Shown here one piece after another: positions 30,752-41,068 of a stretch of 64,000 nucleotides of DNA. A program made the translations under genes and the position numbers. A model generated the notes under the pieces. The model made no database searches, was not told where the DNA came from, and saw only the letters and a program-made list of their open reading frames with translations. Numbering within the stretch: position 1 is the stretch's first letter; each line of letters starts with the position of its first letter. Source of the DNA: a virus; the IMG/VR virus record IMGVR_UViG_3300042890_000947, positions 1-64,000 of that record. One strand, written 5' to 3'.

Positions 30752-31630
30752 ATGAAGAAAAAACTTAAATTAGGTTTTACCGATGCGTATGATAATGCTA
30801 AGAAAACTCTAACCGATATTCTCGGTAGATACTACGAAATTATTCGAGATGATACCAATCCAGATTATCTTATCTTTTGTGATCCTACATTTGGTACCAA
30901 CAACTACACATATAAAAACTGCAAGAAGATTTTATTTACAGGCGAAAATTATCGTCCAACATATTTCACATATGATTATGCTATCACATTTGATCATGAG
31001 AGTAGTCCAAAGCACTATCGTTTACCGCTATATGTTGCTGAAATGTTGTCGGCAACATATGATACAGACTACAAGGACTTCTATCATGTACTGAATAGAA
31101 AAGTTGATATTGAATATGAATGGGACAGAAAAACAGAATTTTGTTCTTTCGTTCAAAGTAATCCCAACTGTGAAACTCGCAATATTTTCTTTGATCTTCT
31201 CTCAGAATATAAGAAAGTGAATTCGGCAGGGCCGCACAAGAACAACATAGGATATACTATTCCTAAAAAGCTTCAAGCAAAAATTGATTTTGTTTCTAAA
31301 CACAAGTTTAACATTGCTTTTGAGAACGGTAGTTATCCTGGGTATGTAACCGAAAAGATATTGAATACTTTCTATTCGAATACAATACCTATATACTGGG
31401 GGAGTCTAACTGTTGTGCGTGATTTTAATCCAAAAGCATTTATCAATAGTCATGAGTATGTAAATTTGGGTGAGGTCGTTGATCGTGTTAGAGAACTGGA
31501 CAATAACAAGAACCTGTATCTTGATATGCTTTCACAATCTGCTGTCAAAGATAACAGACCAAATGAATGGATGAACTTTGATGAATTTTATAAGTGGTTC
31601 GATACTTTTGTTTATGAGGATAAATTGTAA
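30752..31630 (+). CDS. GT10 alpha-1,3-fucosyltransferase-like protein
   Basis: FTGEN, KFNIAFEN, GYVTEKI, IPIYWG. Confidence 0.85.
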   Translation: MKKKLKLGFTDAYDNAKKTLTDILGRYYEIIRDDTNPDYLIFCDPTFGTNNYTYKNCKKILFTGENYRPTYFTYDYAITFDHESSPKHYRLPLYVAEMLSATYDTDYKDFYHVLNRKVDIEYEWDRKTEFCSFVQSNPNCETRNIFFDLLSEYKKVNSAGPHKNNIGYTIPKKLQAKIDFVSKHKFNIAFENGSYPGYVTEKILNTFYSNTIPIYWGSLTVVRDFNPKAFINSHEYVNLGEVVDRVRELDNNKNLYLDMLSQSAVKDNRPNEWMNFDEFYKWFDTFVYEDKL

Positions 31631-32577
31631 TGAGTAACGCTCGTATTATGTTTGTGGTACATCGATATGCTCCATTTCCTGGTGGCTCTGAGTATTATGT
31701 GAGAGATATGGCAGAAGAATGTGTGAGACGTGGCTATGATGTTACCGTACTTGCTCATGAGCATCAGGGCGACTTAAACGGCGTTAAAGTTACAAACGAT
31801 TATAACATTCTTAATCAGCGATGGAATCTCATAGTTGTTCATGGCGGCGATGTTATCTCTCAGAATATTGTTCATGCGAATGCCTATGCTTTAAGAAAAA
31901 CACCTGTTGTCTATATGATTATCAAACCGAGCGAAAGCGAAATTTGTTACAATGGATTAAAGCATCATCGATTCATAGCATATTCAACTTCTGTCGATAT
32001 CAATCATATCAAGAAATTTGGATATCTTAATAAAGCTCGGCGCATTCGTCATGGAATGAATGTTGGGCAAACCATAAAACCAAAATTGAAATATCCTAAG
32101 ACAACTTTCGTTTCTGCTGGTGGTTTTTGGCCAAATAAGGCAATGGTGCCTCTTGCTCAAGAATTCATACATGCGAACATACCAAATACAGAACTCCATC
32201 TATACGGATATCATCCTGGAGAAATGCCACCGAATACAAGTAATGTTAAGGTATTTCTTGGCAAACCAAAAGATGAAGTTGCTCAAGCTATCGCAAGTGC
32301 GGATGCTTATATTATGAATAGCTATGATGAAGGATTCGGTCTTGTTCTTTTGGAAGCAATGATGAATAAGACACCTTGGTATGCTCGTAACATTGCTGGA
32401 GCTAAAGATATGTCATCATATGGTAAAATCTATGATAACGAATCAGAACTTATGTTGATGCTGATGAGATTTAAAAGAGTTGACAAAGAGATTGAAGATA
32501 GCTATAATTACGTCATGGCAAATCACACAATCGAACAAACGGTAAATGATATCGAAGATATTCTATGGGAAATTTAG
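31630..32577 (+). CDS. GT4 (GT-B) glycosyltransferase
   Basis: GGSEYY, EGFGLVLLEAM. Confidence 0.8.
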   Translation: MSNARIMFVVHRYAPFPGGSEYYVRDMAEECVRRGYDVTVLAHEHQGDLNGVKVTNDYNILNQRWNLIVVHGGDVISQNIVHANAYALRKTPVVYMIIKPSESEICYNGLKHHRFIAYSTSVDINHIKKFGYLNKARRIRHGMNVGQTIKPKLKYPKTTFVSAGGFWPNKAMVPLAQEFIHANIPNTELHLYGYHPGEMPPNTSNVKVFLGKPKDEVAQAIASADAYIMNSYDEGFGLVLLEAMMNKTPWYARNIAGAKDMSSYGKIYDNESELMLMLMRFKRVDKEIEDSYNYVMANHTIEQTVNDIEDILWEI

Positions 32578-33344
32578 AAGTTTCATTTGGCATCTGCCTT
32601 TCTCCAGAGTATGATGTTAATCAATTACAAAATCTCGTAGACAGTATTGGAAAACAATCTGATGCTGTCTACGAAGTTAATCTTATTGGAAAATTTAGAA
32701 ACGATGTGAATCTTCCTAAAAATTCAAACATTATTGATTTTGATGAAACACAGAAAAAGGGTTGGATCACAAAGAAGAAGAATATACTCGTCAATAATTC
32801 AAAGTATGATATTGTCTGTCTCATACACGATTACTATATATTACATCTCAATTGGCATGAAGGCATGAGACGTTATAATGATGAGAATCCTAATTGGAAT
32901 ATTCTTATGAATAGGGTGCATCGATATGAGGGTGATCGTCATAGTGACTGGCTTGTAAATCAAAAATATATGGATAAGCTTTTAGAAAAATATCCTAGTC
33001 TACATAATGAATTATACTCTGTTGCTCCCGATAACTGGAATGGCGCGAGATGGGTTTGCGGTCTGCCTTACTCCGAACAAGGTCTCACGCATCTACAATA
33101 TATAAGTGGTGGATACATTCTAGCAAAGAAGAAGGTACTCACAGATGTTGTGCTAGATGAATCGTTTGTTTGGGGTCAAGCAGAAGATTTGGCATGGAGT
33201 GAAAGTGTTATTGATGCTGGTTACAAATTTCAATTTAATCCTTATTCAGACGTTTCTATACAGAAGCCTAATAAGTGGAAAGTTGGACAGATGACCGACG
33301 AATGTGTTAAAAGGCTTAAGGAGATATTTGATAATGGCCACTGA
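32565..33344 (+). CDS. GT2-like glycosyltransferase
   Basis: WITKKKN, IHDY, ED motif. Confidence 0.55.
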   Translation: MGNLEVSFGICLSPEYDVNQLQNLVDSIGKQSDAVYEVNLIGKFRNDVNLPKNSNIIDFDETQKKGWITKKKNILVNNSKYDIVCLIHDYYILHLNWHEGMRRYNDENPNWNILMNRVHRYEGDRHSDWLVNQKYMDKLLEKYPSLHNELYSVAPDNWNGARWVCGLPYSEQGLTHLQYISGGYILAKKKVLTDVVLDESFVWGQAEDLAWSESVIDAGYKFQFNPYSDVSIQKPNKWKVGQMTDECVKRLKEIFDNGH

Positions 33345-34716
33345 ATATAATAAACTAATGATATTTGATCTTGATGGTGTTTTGATCGAAAGCCGAGAAC
33401 TTCATTATGAAACTCTCAATGATGCTCTGAATGCGATTGATCCAAAATATATCATTACCCGTGAAGAACATCTTTCAACTTATGATGGATTATCAACAAC
33501 AACTAAGTTGAAAATTCTTGCTGCTAACAAGGGTCTACCTTCTTCCTATTTCGATCAGATTTGGCAAGATAAGCAGAAGCACACTTTTGAACGATTGAAG
33601 TCTATTTCAAAGTCATCTAAACTTATTGAAATTTGCGAATGGCTTAAAAGCAAAAACTATCGAATAGCTGTAGCATCAAACAGTATCCGAGAAACAATTA
33701 AGATTAGTCTCATGTCTCTTGGTATAATGGAATACGTTGAATACATCATGAGCAATGAAGATGTTCGACGTACAAAGCCTTATCCTGAGATGTATTGGAA
33801 TTGTATGAATGCTCTTAATGCGATTCCTCGAACTACGATTATCGCAGAAGATAGTCATATTGGTAGACAGGGCGCAATAGATAGTGGTGCTGTTTTGCTT
33901 CCTATAGAAAACAGTTATGATCTAACATTAGAAAGAATACAGGATATTGTAATGAAGTTAGAAAGTGGTAGTAAGAAGTCTATTCCATGGCGTGATCAAA
34001 AACTCAATGTTCTTATTCCAATGGCAGGAGCAGGATCACGCTTCGCGGCTGCTGGATATACTTTCCCTAAGCCTCTTATCGAGGTACGTGATAAGACTAT
34101 GATCCAGACAGTGGTTGATAACCTAAACATGGAAGCAAATTATATCTTTATCGTACAGAAGGATCACTACGAGAAGTATAATCTTAAGTCTCTTCTATCT
34201 GCCATCAAGCCCGGTTGTAAAATTGTACAAGTTGAAGGCATGACAGAAGGTGCGGCTTGTACTACTCTTCTTGCGAGAGAATTGATCGACAATGATCATC
34301 CTCTTATTATGGCAAACTCCGATCAATTTGTTGAATGGAATACTAACGAAGTCATGTACGCTTTCAATGCGGATTCGATTGATGGTGGTATCCTAACATT
34401 TAAGGCAAATCATCCAAAGTGGAGCTACGCAAAACTGGATGATAATGGTTTTGTTAGTGAAGTGGCAGAGAAGAATGTGATCAGTGAAAATGCTACTGTT
34501 GGTATATATTTCTGGAAGAAGGGATCCGATTACGTAAAATATGCCGACCAAATGATTGCGGCAAATGATAGAACAAACAACGAGTTCTATGTGTGTCCAG
34601 TATTCAACTACGCAATCAAAGACAATAAGAAAATTCGTATCAAGCAGATTGAGCGTATGTGGGGCATCGGCACTCCTGAAGACCTCAAGTATTTCTTGGA
34701 AAATCATAAAGAATGA
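33334..34716 (+). CDS. HAD phosphatase + sugar-nucleotidyltransferase fusion
   Basis: FDLDGVL, KPYP, EDS; PMAGAGSRF, PKPLI, GIGTPEDL. Confidence 0.85.
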   Translation: MATEYNKLMIFDLDGVLIESRELHYETLNDALNAIDPKYIITREEHLSTYDGLSTTTKLKILAANKGLPSSYFDQIWQDKQKHTFERLKSISKSSKLIEICEWLKSKNYRIAVASNSIRETIKISLMSLGIMEYVEYIMSNEDVRRTKPYPEMYWNCMNALNAIPRTTIIAEDSHIGRQGAIDSGAVLLPIENSYDLTLERIQDIVMKLESGSKKSIPWRDQKLNVLIPMAGAGSRFAAAGYTFPKPLIEVRDKTMIQTVVDNLNMEANYIFIVQKDHYEKYNLKSLLSAIKPGCKIVQVEGMTEGAACTTLLARELIDNDHPLIMANSDQFVEWNTNEVMYAFNADSIDGGILTFKANHPKWSYAKLDDNGFVSEVAEKNVISENATVGIYFWKKGSDYVKYADQMIAANDRTNNEFYVCPVFNYAIKDNKKIRIKQIERMWGIGTPEDLKYFLENHKE

Positions 34717-35429
34717 CAAACATCGCTGTAGTTCTAACTGGACATATGAGATGTTGGAAACAAGTGTTTCCAAACTTTCAAGAGAGGATTATACAGCCTT
34801 ATCAGCCCGATATTTTCATTCATACATGGAATGAAGAGGGTTGGTGGATTCCTGGCGATAAGACCAATGTAAAAGGATTTCATGAAAATACTCCTGATGT
34901 AAATCATCAAGAGGTTTTTGATACATATCTTCCTAAGAGTATGGTCACAGAAGACTGGGAAGATTACAACGAGCATTTTGAAAAGTTAGGGGACACCTTT
35001 CCTAACTTTGCCCATCGCCGAAAGAATATTCTAAGCATGTTTTATAAGATACAGCGAGGCATGTCTTTAGTTGAAGAGTATTCTGCGCGAACTGGAAAAA
35101 CATACGATTTCGTAATTCGCATAAGGCCGGATATGATCTTACATCAACCGTTGCCGAGTTTTGATCCTAAAAAATTCTATACAGCAGTACATAGAAATCA
35201 TTTGGGTCAAGGCACAGGAGATATGTTTCAAGCAGGGAACATGTTGAATATGGTCTTGTTTTCAAAACTATCATGTTATATTAATCACATATATAAGCAG
35301 ACAGATACTCTTTGTCCACATCTTCTTTCAGAAGCATGGATTAAGATGCTTAATCTTAATTGGCAAGAAATACCTCTCAATAAAACAATACAACATACTC
35401 CACTAGGTGAATATAAGGAAATAGCATGA
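34713..35429 (+). CDS. glycan-cluster protein (GT-like)
   Basis: IAVVLTGHMR, DIFIHTW, YDFVIRIRPD. Confidence 0.55.
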   Translation: MTNIAVVLTGHMRCWKQVFPNFQERIIQPYQPDIFIHTWNEEGWWIPGDKTNVKGFHENTPDVNHQEVFDTYLPKSMVTEDWEDYNEHFEKLGDTFPNFAHRRKNILSMFYKIQRGMSLVEEYSARTGKTYDFVIRIRPDMILHQPLPSFDPKKFYTAVHRNHLGQGTGDMFQAGNMLNMVLFSKLSCYINHIYKQTDTLCPHLLSEAWIKMLNLNWQEIPLNKTIQHTPLGEYKEIA

Positions 35430-36109
35430 GCAATTACTTTGAACAAATTTTAGCATTAAATGACGGCCCTGTTTCTTATGAGTCCGTAAGTGGTGGAAAT
35501 CTTAAGATGAAGAATCACCAGTATCCATATTCAATTAAGCAAAGCGAATTTGACTTCTTAACTGATCTAGTGACGAAGTATAATCTCCAACGCGGATATG
35601 AATGTGCCACAGCATTTGGTATCAGCAGTCTTGCTATCGGCCTAGGATTTAAAAATACTGGTGGCAGATGTGTTACAATGGATGCCTATGTCGAAGAGGT
35701 ATTAGATAATCCAGGCGCATACGAAAATATTGACCCTCTTGTGTATGAAAAGTCTGATGGATATAAGTCTGTTAACTATCTTATCGATAAGTTTGGATTG
35801 AGAGATATTTTGTATCCAGAAATTGGATGGAGTCCATATGATACAGAAAAATCTATTCGTAAGTGGATTAAAGAACCTCTTGATTTTGTATTCATTGACG
35901 CGGGCCACTTTGAGCATCAAATGATTAAAGACATTAGTTCGTTTGTTCCTTTACTTGGAGAAAAATATGTAATCGCATTTCATGATGTGTATCCATGGAG
36001 TTTCACAGACAAAGTACATGAACACCTTTACAATCTAATAGGTAAGAGAGTTGAAATTATGTTGCCTCAGCCACACGGTGAAAATCTAGGAGTCGTGATT
36101 AACGTATGA
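35426..36109 (+). CDS. class I SAM methyltransferase (Methyltransf_24-like)
   Basis: ECATAFGIS, FIDAGH, AFHD. Confidence 0.7.
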   Translation: MSNYFEQILALNDGPVSYESVSGGNLKMKNHQYPYSIKQSEFDFLTDLVTKYNLQRGYECATAFGISSLAIGLGFKNTGGRCVTMDAYVEEVLDNPGAYENIDPLVYEKSDGYKSVNYLIDKFGLRDILYPEIGWSPYDTEKSIRKWIKEPLDFVFIDAGHFEHQMIKDISSFVPLLGEKYVIAFHDVYPWSFTDKVHEHLYNLIGKRVEIMLPQPHGENLGVVINV

Positions 36110-36606
36110 GAATTGTATCGCACAGAGGCAATCTTACTGGCCCAGATAAAGAAAAAGAAAATACCGAATCGTATCTAATCGAAGCCCTCGAAAGGGGCTT
36201 CGATATTGAATTTGATATTTGGTATATGGGCAGCAAGTTTTGGTTAGGACATGATAATCCTGTCAAATCATTTTCAATCGATACTCTTTTACACTGGTCT
36301 ACTGTTTACATGAATCAGAATTTTTATGTTCATTGTAAAAATATGTGGGCATTAGAAGAGATGGTAAAGATTAGTAAGAGAAATATAATTCCATTCTTTC
36401 ATGATATTGATCAGTGTATTCTTCTAAAAGATAATACTATCTGGGTTCATCCAAATGCTGTTAATTCCGCATCAGTAAGAGAAAATTGTATTGCTGTATT
36501 TCCTGCTTGCAAAACAATCAAATATGATATAAACTATGATGTAGATTTTGAAAGATTTCATGGAATCTGTACAGACTATCCACTCACTTTAAGGAATAAT
36601 TTGTAA
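36106..36606 (+). CDS. PLC/GDPD-like phosphodiesterase
   Basis: SHRGN, EN, EFDIW, LGHD, HCKN, GICTDY. Confidence 0.7.
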   Translation: MRIVSHRGNLTGPDKEKENTESYLIEALERGFDIEFDIWYMGSKFWLGHDNPVKSFSIDTLLHWSTVYMNQNFYVHCKNMWALEEMVKISKRNIIPFFHDIDQCILLKDNTIWVHPNAVNSASVRENCIAVFPACKTIKYDINYDVDFERFHGICTDYPLTLRNNL

Positions 36607-37826
36607 TGAAGGTAGCTGTTATTGGTGCAGCAGGACATGTTGGATTTCCTTTCTCACTTGTTCTAGCGGATGCTGGACATGATGTTATAGGCATTGATTG
36701 TAATCCAGCAGCATGTGTACAACTATTAGGCGGTTTTGTTCCTCATAAAGAAGAGGGAGCAAAAGAATTATTAATGAGTTTACTTAATACCAATCGCTTG
36801 ACATACACAACAGATACCGAGCGATTAGAAGAATGTGATGCTGTCGCAATCATGATCGGCACTCCGGTTGATGGCGAAAGTAATCCTCGAGTTGATGATA
36901 TCTTAGACTTTGTAAGATATTCTCTTGCTCCAAGCATTCGTGATAATACTCTTGTGGTTCTTCGTAGTACAGTTGCTCCTGGTACTACAGAACTTATTGA
37001 GAAAATCTTGAAAGAGGAATCATCTGTTTCTACACATGTCGTATTTGCTCCAGAACGTGTAGCGCAGGGCGTTGGCATATTGGAAAGTAAAAAGTTCCCA
37101 CAACTTATTGGTGCTAGTACAGAAGACGCATATAATCGCGCGTGTGAGCTATTTAATTTCGTGCCAGAATGTATGTGGCTAACGCAACGCGAAGCTGAGT
37201 TTGGTAAGCTCATTACTAATATGTATCGTTATGTGACATTTGCTCTTGCTAATGAATTTTACATGATCGGTACAGATCAGGGCTTAGATGTTCATAAGGT
37301 AATCGATGCTGCGAATAAAGGATACTCGCGCATGGCATTACCTAAGCCTGGACCAAACGTGGGCGGCCCATGTTTATTCAAAGATGGCAAGTTTTTACTT
37401 GAAGATGTACACTATCCAGAATTGATTCAGTCTTCATTTTTGATCAATGAAGGTATGCCACAATATATGTTTAAGATGATGATGAAGGAAAATCCTAATA
37501 TCAGTAAGATTGGTATTCTTGGTGCGACATTCAAGGCTGATTGTGATGATGCTAGAAATAGTTTAAGTTTTAAATTCGCAAAGATTTGTAAAAGAAATGG
37601 TATTGAATATGCTTTTTTTGATCCATATCTCCGTCATCCAGATAATTGGTGGCCATTAGATCACCTATTAGAAGAATTTGATGCGTTCATTGTCATGACA
37701 CCTCACACAGTATTTCAGAAATTCTTTGATAAACATATCGCTAAGAATCGCGGCACTGTGATTGCTGATGCTTGGAAATTCTTAAATCAAAGTAAAGAGA
37801 CAACAGACGGAGTTTATACATTATGA
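36606..37826 (+). CDS. nucleotide-sugar dehydrogenase (UDP-glucose/GDP-mannose/WecC family)
   Basis: GAAGHVG, GTP, RSTVAPGTT, PER, GGPCLFKD, FKADCDD. Confidence 0.9.
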   Translation: MKVAVIGAAGHVGFPFSLVLADAGHDVIGIDCNPAACVQLLGGFVPHKEEGAKELLMSLLNTNRLTYTTDTERLEECDAVAIMIGTPVDGESNPRVDDILDFVRYSLAPSIRDNTLVVLRSTVAPGTTELIEKILKEESSVSTHVVFAPERVAQGVGILESKKFPQLIGASTEDAYNRACELFNFVPECMWLTQREAEFGKLITNMYRYVTFALANEFYMIGTDQGLDVHKVIDAANKGYSRMALPKPGPNVGGPCLFKDGKFLLEDVHYPELIQSSFLINEGMPQYMFKMMMKENPNISKIGILGATFKADCDDARNSLSFKFAKICKRNGIEYAFFDPYLRHPDNWWPLDHLLEEFDAFIVMTPHTVFQKFFDKHIAKNRGTVIADAWKFLNQSKETTDGVYTL

Positions 37827-38809
37827 AAATTTTAGTTACTGGATCCGAAGGCAGTTTGATGCAGGCTGTTATTCCCTATTTGATTGCTAACGGTCATGAA
37901 GTTGTTGGTGCTGATAGTCTATTTCGTTATAATGAAAGAATGAATTTAGCAAAGGGTTATGACTTTGAGAAGATCGACCTTACAAATCCATTCGATGTTG
38001 ACACTCTTATTGGTAGAATAAGACCCGACTATATCATTCAAGCTGCTGCTCGAATCTTTGGCGTTGGTGGATTCAACAAGTACTGTGCGGACATTCTATA
38101 CAATGATCCTATGCTACATGGTAATATTCTCCAATCTGCTGTTAATTGGAACGTAAAGCGCGTTGTCTATATATCATCAAGTATGGTGTATGAGAACTGT
38201 CCACAAAGTGTCGATGTTCCTGTATACGAAGATATGGTAGACAAGTATCCTGCTCCTTATACCGAATATGGAATGTCCAAGTATGTTGGTGAACGTATGT
38301 CTATCGCATACAAAAAGCAATATGATTTGGATTATACAATCTGGCGTCCATTCAATATCATTACGCCTTATGAAAAGTCTGAAGGTGATATTGGCACTTC
38401 GCATGTGTTTGCGGATTACATCAAGCATATTGTAATTGAAAAAAAGAATCCTCTACCAATCATCGGTGATGGATCGCAGATAAGATGCTTCACTTGGATT
38501 GATGATGTAGCCCGAATGATTGGCACGGAATCTTTTAATGTTAGATCACTTAATGAAACGTTCAATATAGGTAATCCTGAACCTTTAACCATGAAGCAGT
38601 TAGCATATACCATTCATGATGAAGCAGTAGAGCGCGGTCTTATTCCGCCGAGTGATCTTTCTTTCGAAACTGTTGCGGATTATTATGCTGACGTTAAAGT
38701 TCGTATTCCAGATATAAGCAAGGCGGAAAAAATGCTAAATTTCAAGTCAACAAAGAAACTTCAAGAGAGCATCAAGTACTGTCTGGATAATTTGAAAAAC
38801 AATGAATAA
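37823..38809 (+). CDS. NAD-dependent epimerase/dehydratase
   Basis: TGSEGSL, SSSMVY, YGMSK, RPFN, GDGSQIRCF. Confidence 0.85.
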   Translation: MKILVTGSEGSLMQAVIPYLIANGHEVVGADSLFRYNERMNLAKGYDFEKIDLTNPFDVDTLIGRIRPDYIIQAAARIFGVGGFNKYCADILYNDPMLHGNILQSAVNWNVKRVVYISSSMVYENCPQSVDVPVYEDMVDKYPAPYTEYGMSKYVGERMSIAYKKQYDLDYTIWRPFNIITPYEKSEGDIGTSHVFADYIKHIVIEKKNPLPIIGDGSQIRCFTWIDDVARMIGTESFNVRSLNETFNIGNPEPLTMKQLAYTIHDEAVERGLIPPSDLSFETVADYYADVKVRIPDISKAEKMLNFKSTKKLQESIKYCLDNLKNNE

Positions 38810-39011
38810 TTCCATTTGTAGAAAGGTATGTGAATATGAAGACGATCAAAGAATATGCCGAGGGTGCGGCCGCACGGCTGAGGAGATCACCGAGTGGTTC
38901 TATGCCACCAAAGAACGGAAAGTTGAAATCGCAAAAGCCGCAAGGAAACGTTCCAAAGCCACCAAGAAAGCCAACGAGCAGAGGCAGATGATTTCACTTG
39001 ACTTAGTTTAA
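38802..39011 (+). CDS. DUF1289-like small Cys protein
   Basis: SICRKVC...CRGCGRTAEEITEW. Confidence 0.7.
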   Translation: MNNSICRKVCEYEDDQRICRGCGRTAEEITEWFYATKERKVEIAKAARKRSKATKKANEQRQMISLDLV

Positions 39012-39026
39012 TTCCTATGGTATAGT
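38998..39026 (+). promoter_or_regulatory. sigma70-type promoter
   Basis: TTGACT-N17-TATAGT. Confidence 0.55.
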
Positions 39027-39058
39027 ATACAAACTGACAAACACACAGAGGAAATGAG

Positions 39059-39286
39059 ATGGCTAGAGTTATTACCGAAGTTGAAGTTGAAGTTGACCTT
39101 GACGAGTTTGATGATCAGGAATTGATTGAGGAAGTTGAAGCTCGAGGTTTCTATGTTAGCGATGCTGATCATAACGATATCATAGCAATTGAGTACCACT
39201 GGAATCGTGGTGATAAGAAGGAAGCACTTATTCTTCTTGAAAGAAAATTTCGTGAGTTGCGTGGCATTTCACAGTTAGCAGACTAA
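39059..39286 (+). CDS. hypothetical protein
   Basis: ORF with GAGG SD. Confidence 0.6.
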   Translation: MARVITEVEVEVDLDEFDDQELIEEVEARGFYVSDADHNDIIAIEYHWNRGDKKEALILLERKFRELRGISQLAD

Positions 39287-39297
39287 ATACAAATATC

Positions 39298-39371
39298 GCG
39301 GGGTTGGTATATGGGTTGTGCCCTAGCCTTCCAAGCTAGAGAAACGAGTTCGAATCTCGTACTCCGCTCCA
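39298..39371 (+). tRNA. tRNA-Gly(TCC)
   Basis: CTAGC-CTTCCAA-GCTAG arm, TTCGAAT T-loop, CCA. Confidence 0.9.
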
Positions 39372-39390
39372 TTCATTATGAGGTGACATT

Positions 39391-39633
39391 ATGTCCATTT
39401 GGTATATCATTCTTTTTACAGTTCTGGCTGACGGTAAGGCTACCGTTGATACCAGATATCCTAACACTCCCGAATACAACAACGAGAAGACTTGTAATGA
39501 TGTAGGCAACTATCTCATGGAACAAGAACAGGCCAAGATCGGCACTGATGCTGGTTCTGTCTATTACATTTGTAAGGAAATTACTGGCGAAGAAATCAAC
39601 AAGGCAATTGGCAAGACTGGAAGCGGCACCTAA
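39391..39633 (+). CDS. hypothetical exported protein
   Basis: hydrophobic N-terminus, GAGG SD. Confidence 0.55.
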   Translation: MSIWYIILFTVLADGKATVDTRYPNTPEYNNEKTCNDVGNYLMEQEQAKIGTDAGSVYYICKEITGEEINKAIGKTGSGT

Positions 39634-39800
39634 TGAATAACTTTACTCTAGATGAGTTCATTGAGAATGAAGATGGCAGTGCGACTATTGCCGTGACTAT
39701 GGATTACGATACTCTTTTAGTGTTCGCGCGAAAGGGTATTTTAGCCACTCTGATTGAATCTGCTAATAAGATTATTGAAGAACAGGAAACTAAAGAGTGA
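39633..39800 (+). CDS. hypothetical protein (55 aa)
   Basis: TAATG-coupled ORF MNNFTLDEFIENEDGSATI. Confidence 0.55.
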   Translation: MNNFTLDEFIENEDGSATIAVTMDYDTLLVFARKGILATLIESANKIIEEQETKE

Positions 39801-40393
39801 AGGTTTATATCGGCCCATATTGTAACTGGATTGGTCCATACCAGATCGCAGAAAAGATCCTGTTCTGGATGGACAAAGAGAAAGACGAGCGTGTTCATAA
39901 TTTTGGCTCTTGGCTCGCTGATACATGGGTTGGCAATTTTTGTGATTGGATACACAGTAAGAAGGAACGCAATGTCAAGGTTCGTATTGATAAGTATGAT
40001 ACTTGGAATATGGATCATACTCTCGCTCTTATCGTTCTTCCTATGTTAAAGCAACTCAAAGCTACCAAGCACGGTTCTCCTTATACTGACGATGAAGATG
40101 TGCCTGAGCATCTTCGGTCTAACGCAGATCGTATTAAGATGGGTGATCCTGATATTCGTGAGACTGAAATCTGGGATCCTGATGACACTATTCATGTTCG
40201 TTGGAATTGGGTTATGGATGAAATGATCTATGCTTTTGAAATGGAACTTGATGAAGATTGGGATTTGCGAATCTATGAAAAGCATGGCAAAGATTGGCCA
40301 CCCGAAGCATTAGCAGAACGCAAAGTAATCAATGATCGTATCGCAAACGGCTTTCGTCTCTTTGGCAAATATTATCAAGGACTATGGGACTGA
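39797..40393 (+). CDS. conserved T4-like hypothetical protein
   Basis: MKVYIGPY, DTWNMDHTLA, GFRLFGKYYQGLWD. Confidence 0.65.
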   Translation: MKVYIGPYCNWIGPYQIAEKILFWMDKEKDERVHNFGSWLADTWVGNFCDWIHSKKERNVKVRIDKYDTWNMDHTLALIVLPMLKQLKATKHGSPYTDDEDVPEHLRSNADRIKMGDPDIRETEIWDPDDTIHVRWNWVMDEMIYAFEMELDEDWDLRIYEKHGKDWPPEALAERKVINDRIANGFRLFGKYYQGLWD

Positions 40394-40647
40394 TGAAGTG
40401 TAATACCTGTGAACAAGAGTTCTATTCTTCAACAAAACAAAACATGGAACATAGTCATGGGTGTGCCGCAACTCTCTATTTGATGAATGGAGACTTTTAT
40501 ATTATCGCTCAGTATGGCTCTTTCTATGATATGCAAAAATTTGCCTTGAAGAAAGATAAATATAAGACAGGTAATGTTTGTGATGATTGTATTGGTAAAC
40601 TTATAGAGAATGGTCGCGCGTGGGTAATAGAAGACGGAGTATGGTAA
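40393..40647 (+). CDS. hypothetical Zn-ribbon protein
   Basis: CNTC...CDDC. Confidence 0.5.
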   Translation: MKCNTCEQEFYSSTKQNMEHSHGCAATLYLMNGDFYIIAQYGSFYDMQKFALKKDKYKTGNVCDDCIGKLIENGRAWVIEDGVW

Positions 40648-40668
40648 CCCTTTAGAAGGAATAGAACT

Positions 40669-40869
40669 ATGACTTATCAAACTATTTCCGAAGAAATTAT
40701 TAAACAAGCAGCAGAACTATCCGGCCCCGACAGCAACTTCCATATAGCAATAAAATACGCAGAAGACTATAGACAAGCAGGGTTAAACCCTGTATACTAT
40801 ACTGATGACAGCGAACGAATGATATTCGTTACCACCGAAGAAAAAATGAACGGCACAATATTTAATTAA
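40669..40869 (+). CDS. hypothetical protein
   Basis: ORF. Confidence 0.5.
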   Translation: MTYQTISEEIIKQAAELSGPDSNFHIAIKYAEDYRQAGLNPVYYTDDSERMIFVTTEEKMNGTIFN

Positions 40870-40885
40870 TTTGGAGAAGTATATA

Positions 40886-41068
40886 ATGAATATTCTTGAA
40901 ACTCAGTTCGTACAACGCGCTTATGATGGTAAGTGGGAGAAGCTTGCTAAGGTTATGGACTATGATAACAAGTGTGTCTATAAGACCGAGAGTGGTAATC
41001 GGATGACATATGTCCCTGAAAAGTGGATGACAGTTGGAGTGTTTGATTACATGATGGAGTTGGAATAA
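40886..41068 (+). CDS. hypothetical protein
   Basis: ORF with GGAG SD. Confidence 0.5.
   Translation: MNILETQFVQRAYDGKWEKLAKVMDYDNKCVYKTESGNRMTYVPEKWMTVGVFDYMMELE

Noticed and set aside
39311-39505. Track ORFs overlapping tRNAs (also 51253-51468, 54088-54312, 55844-56044, 59087-59290)
   Set aside because: Explained by tRNA genes; no RBS or protein motifs.
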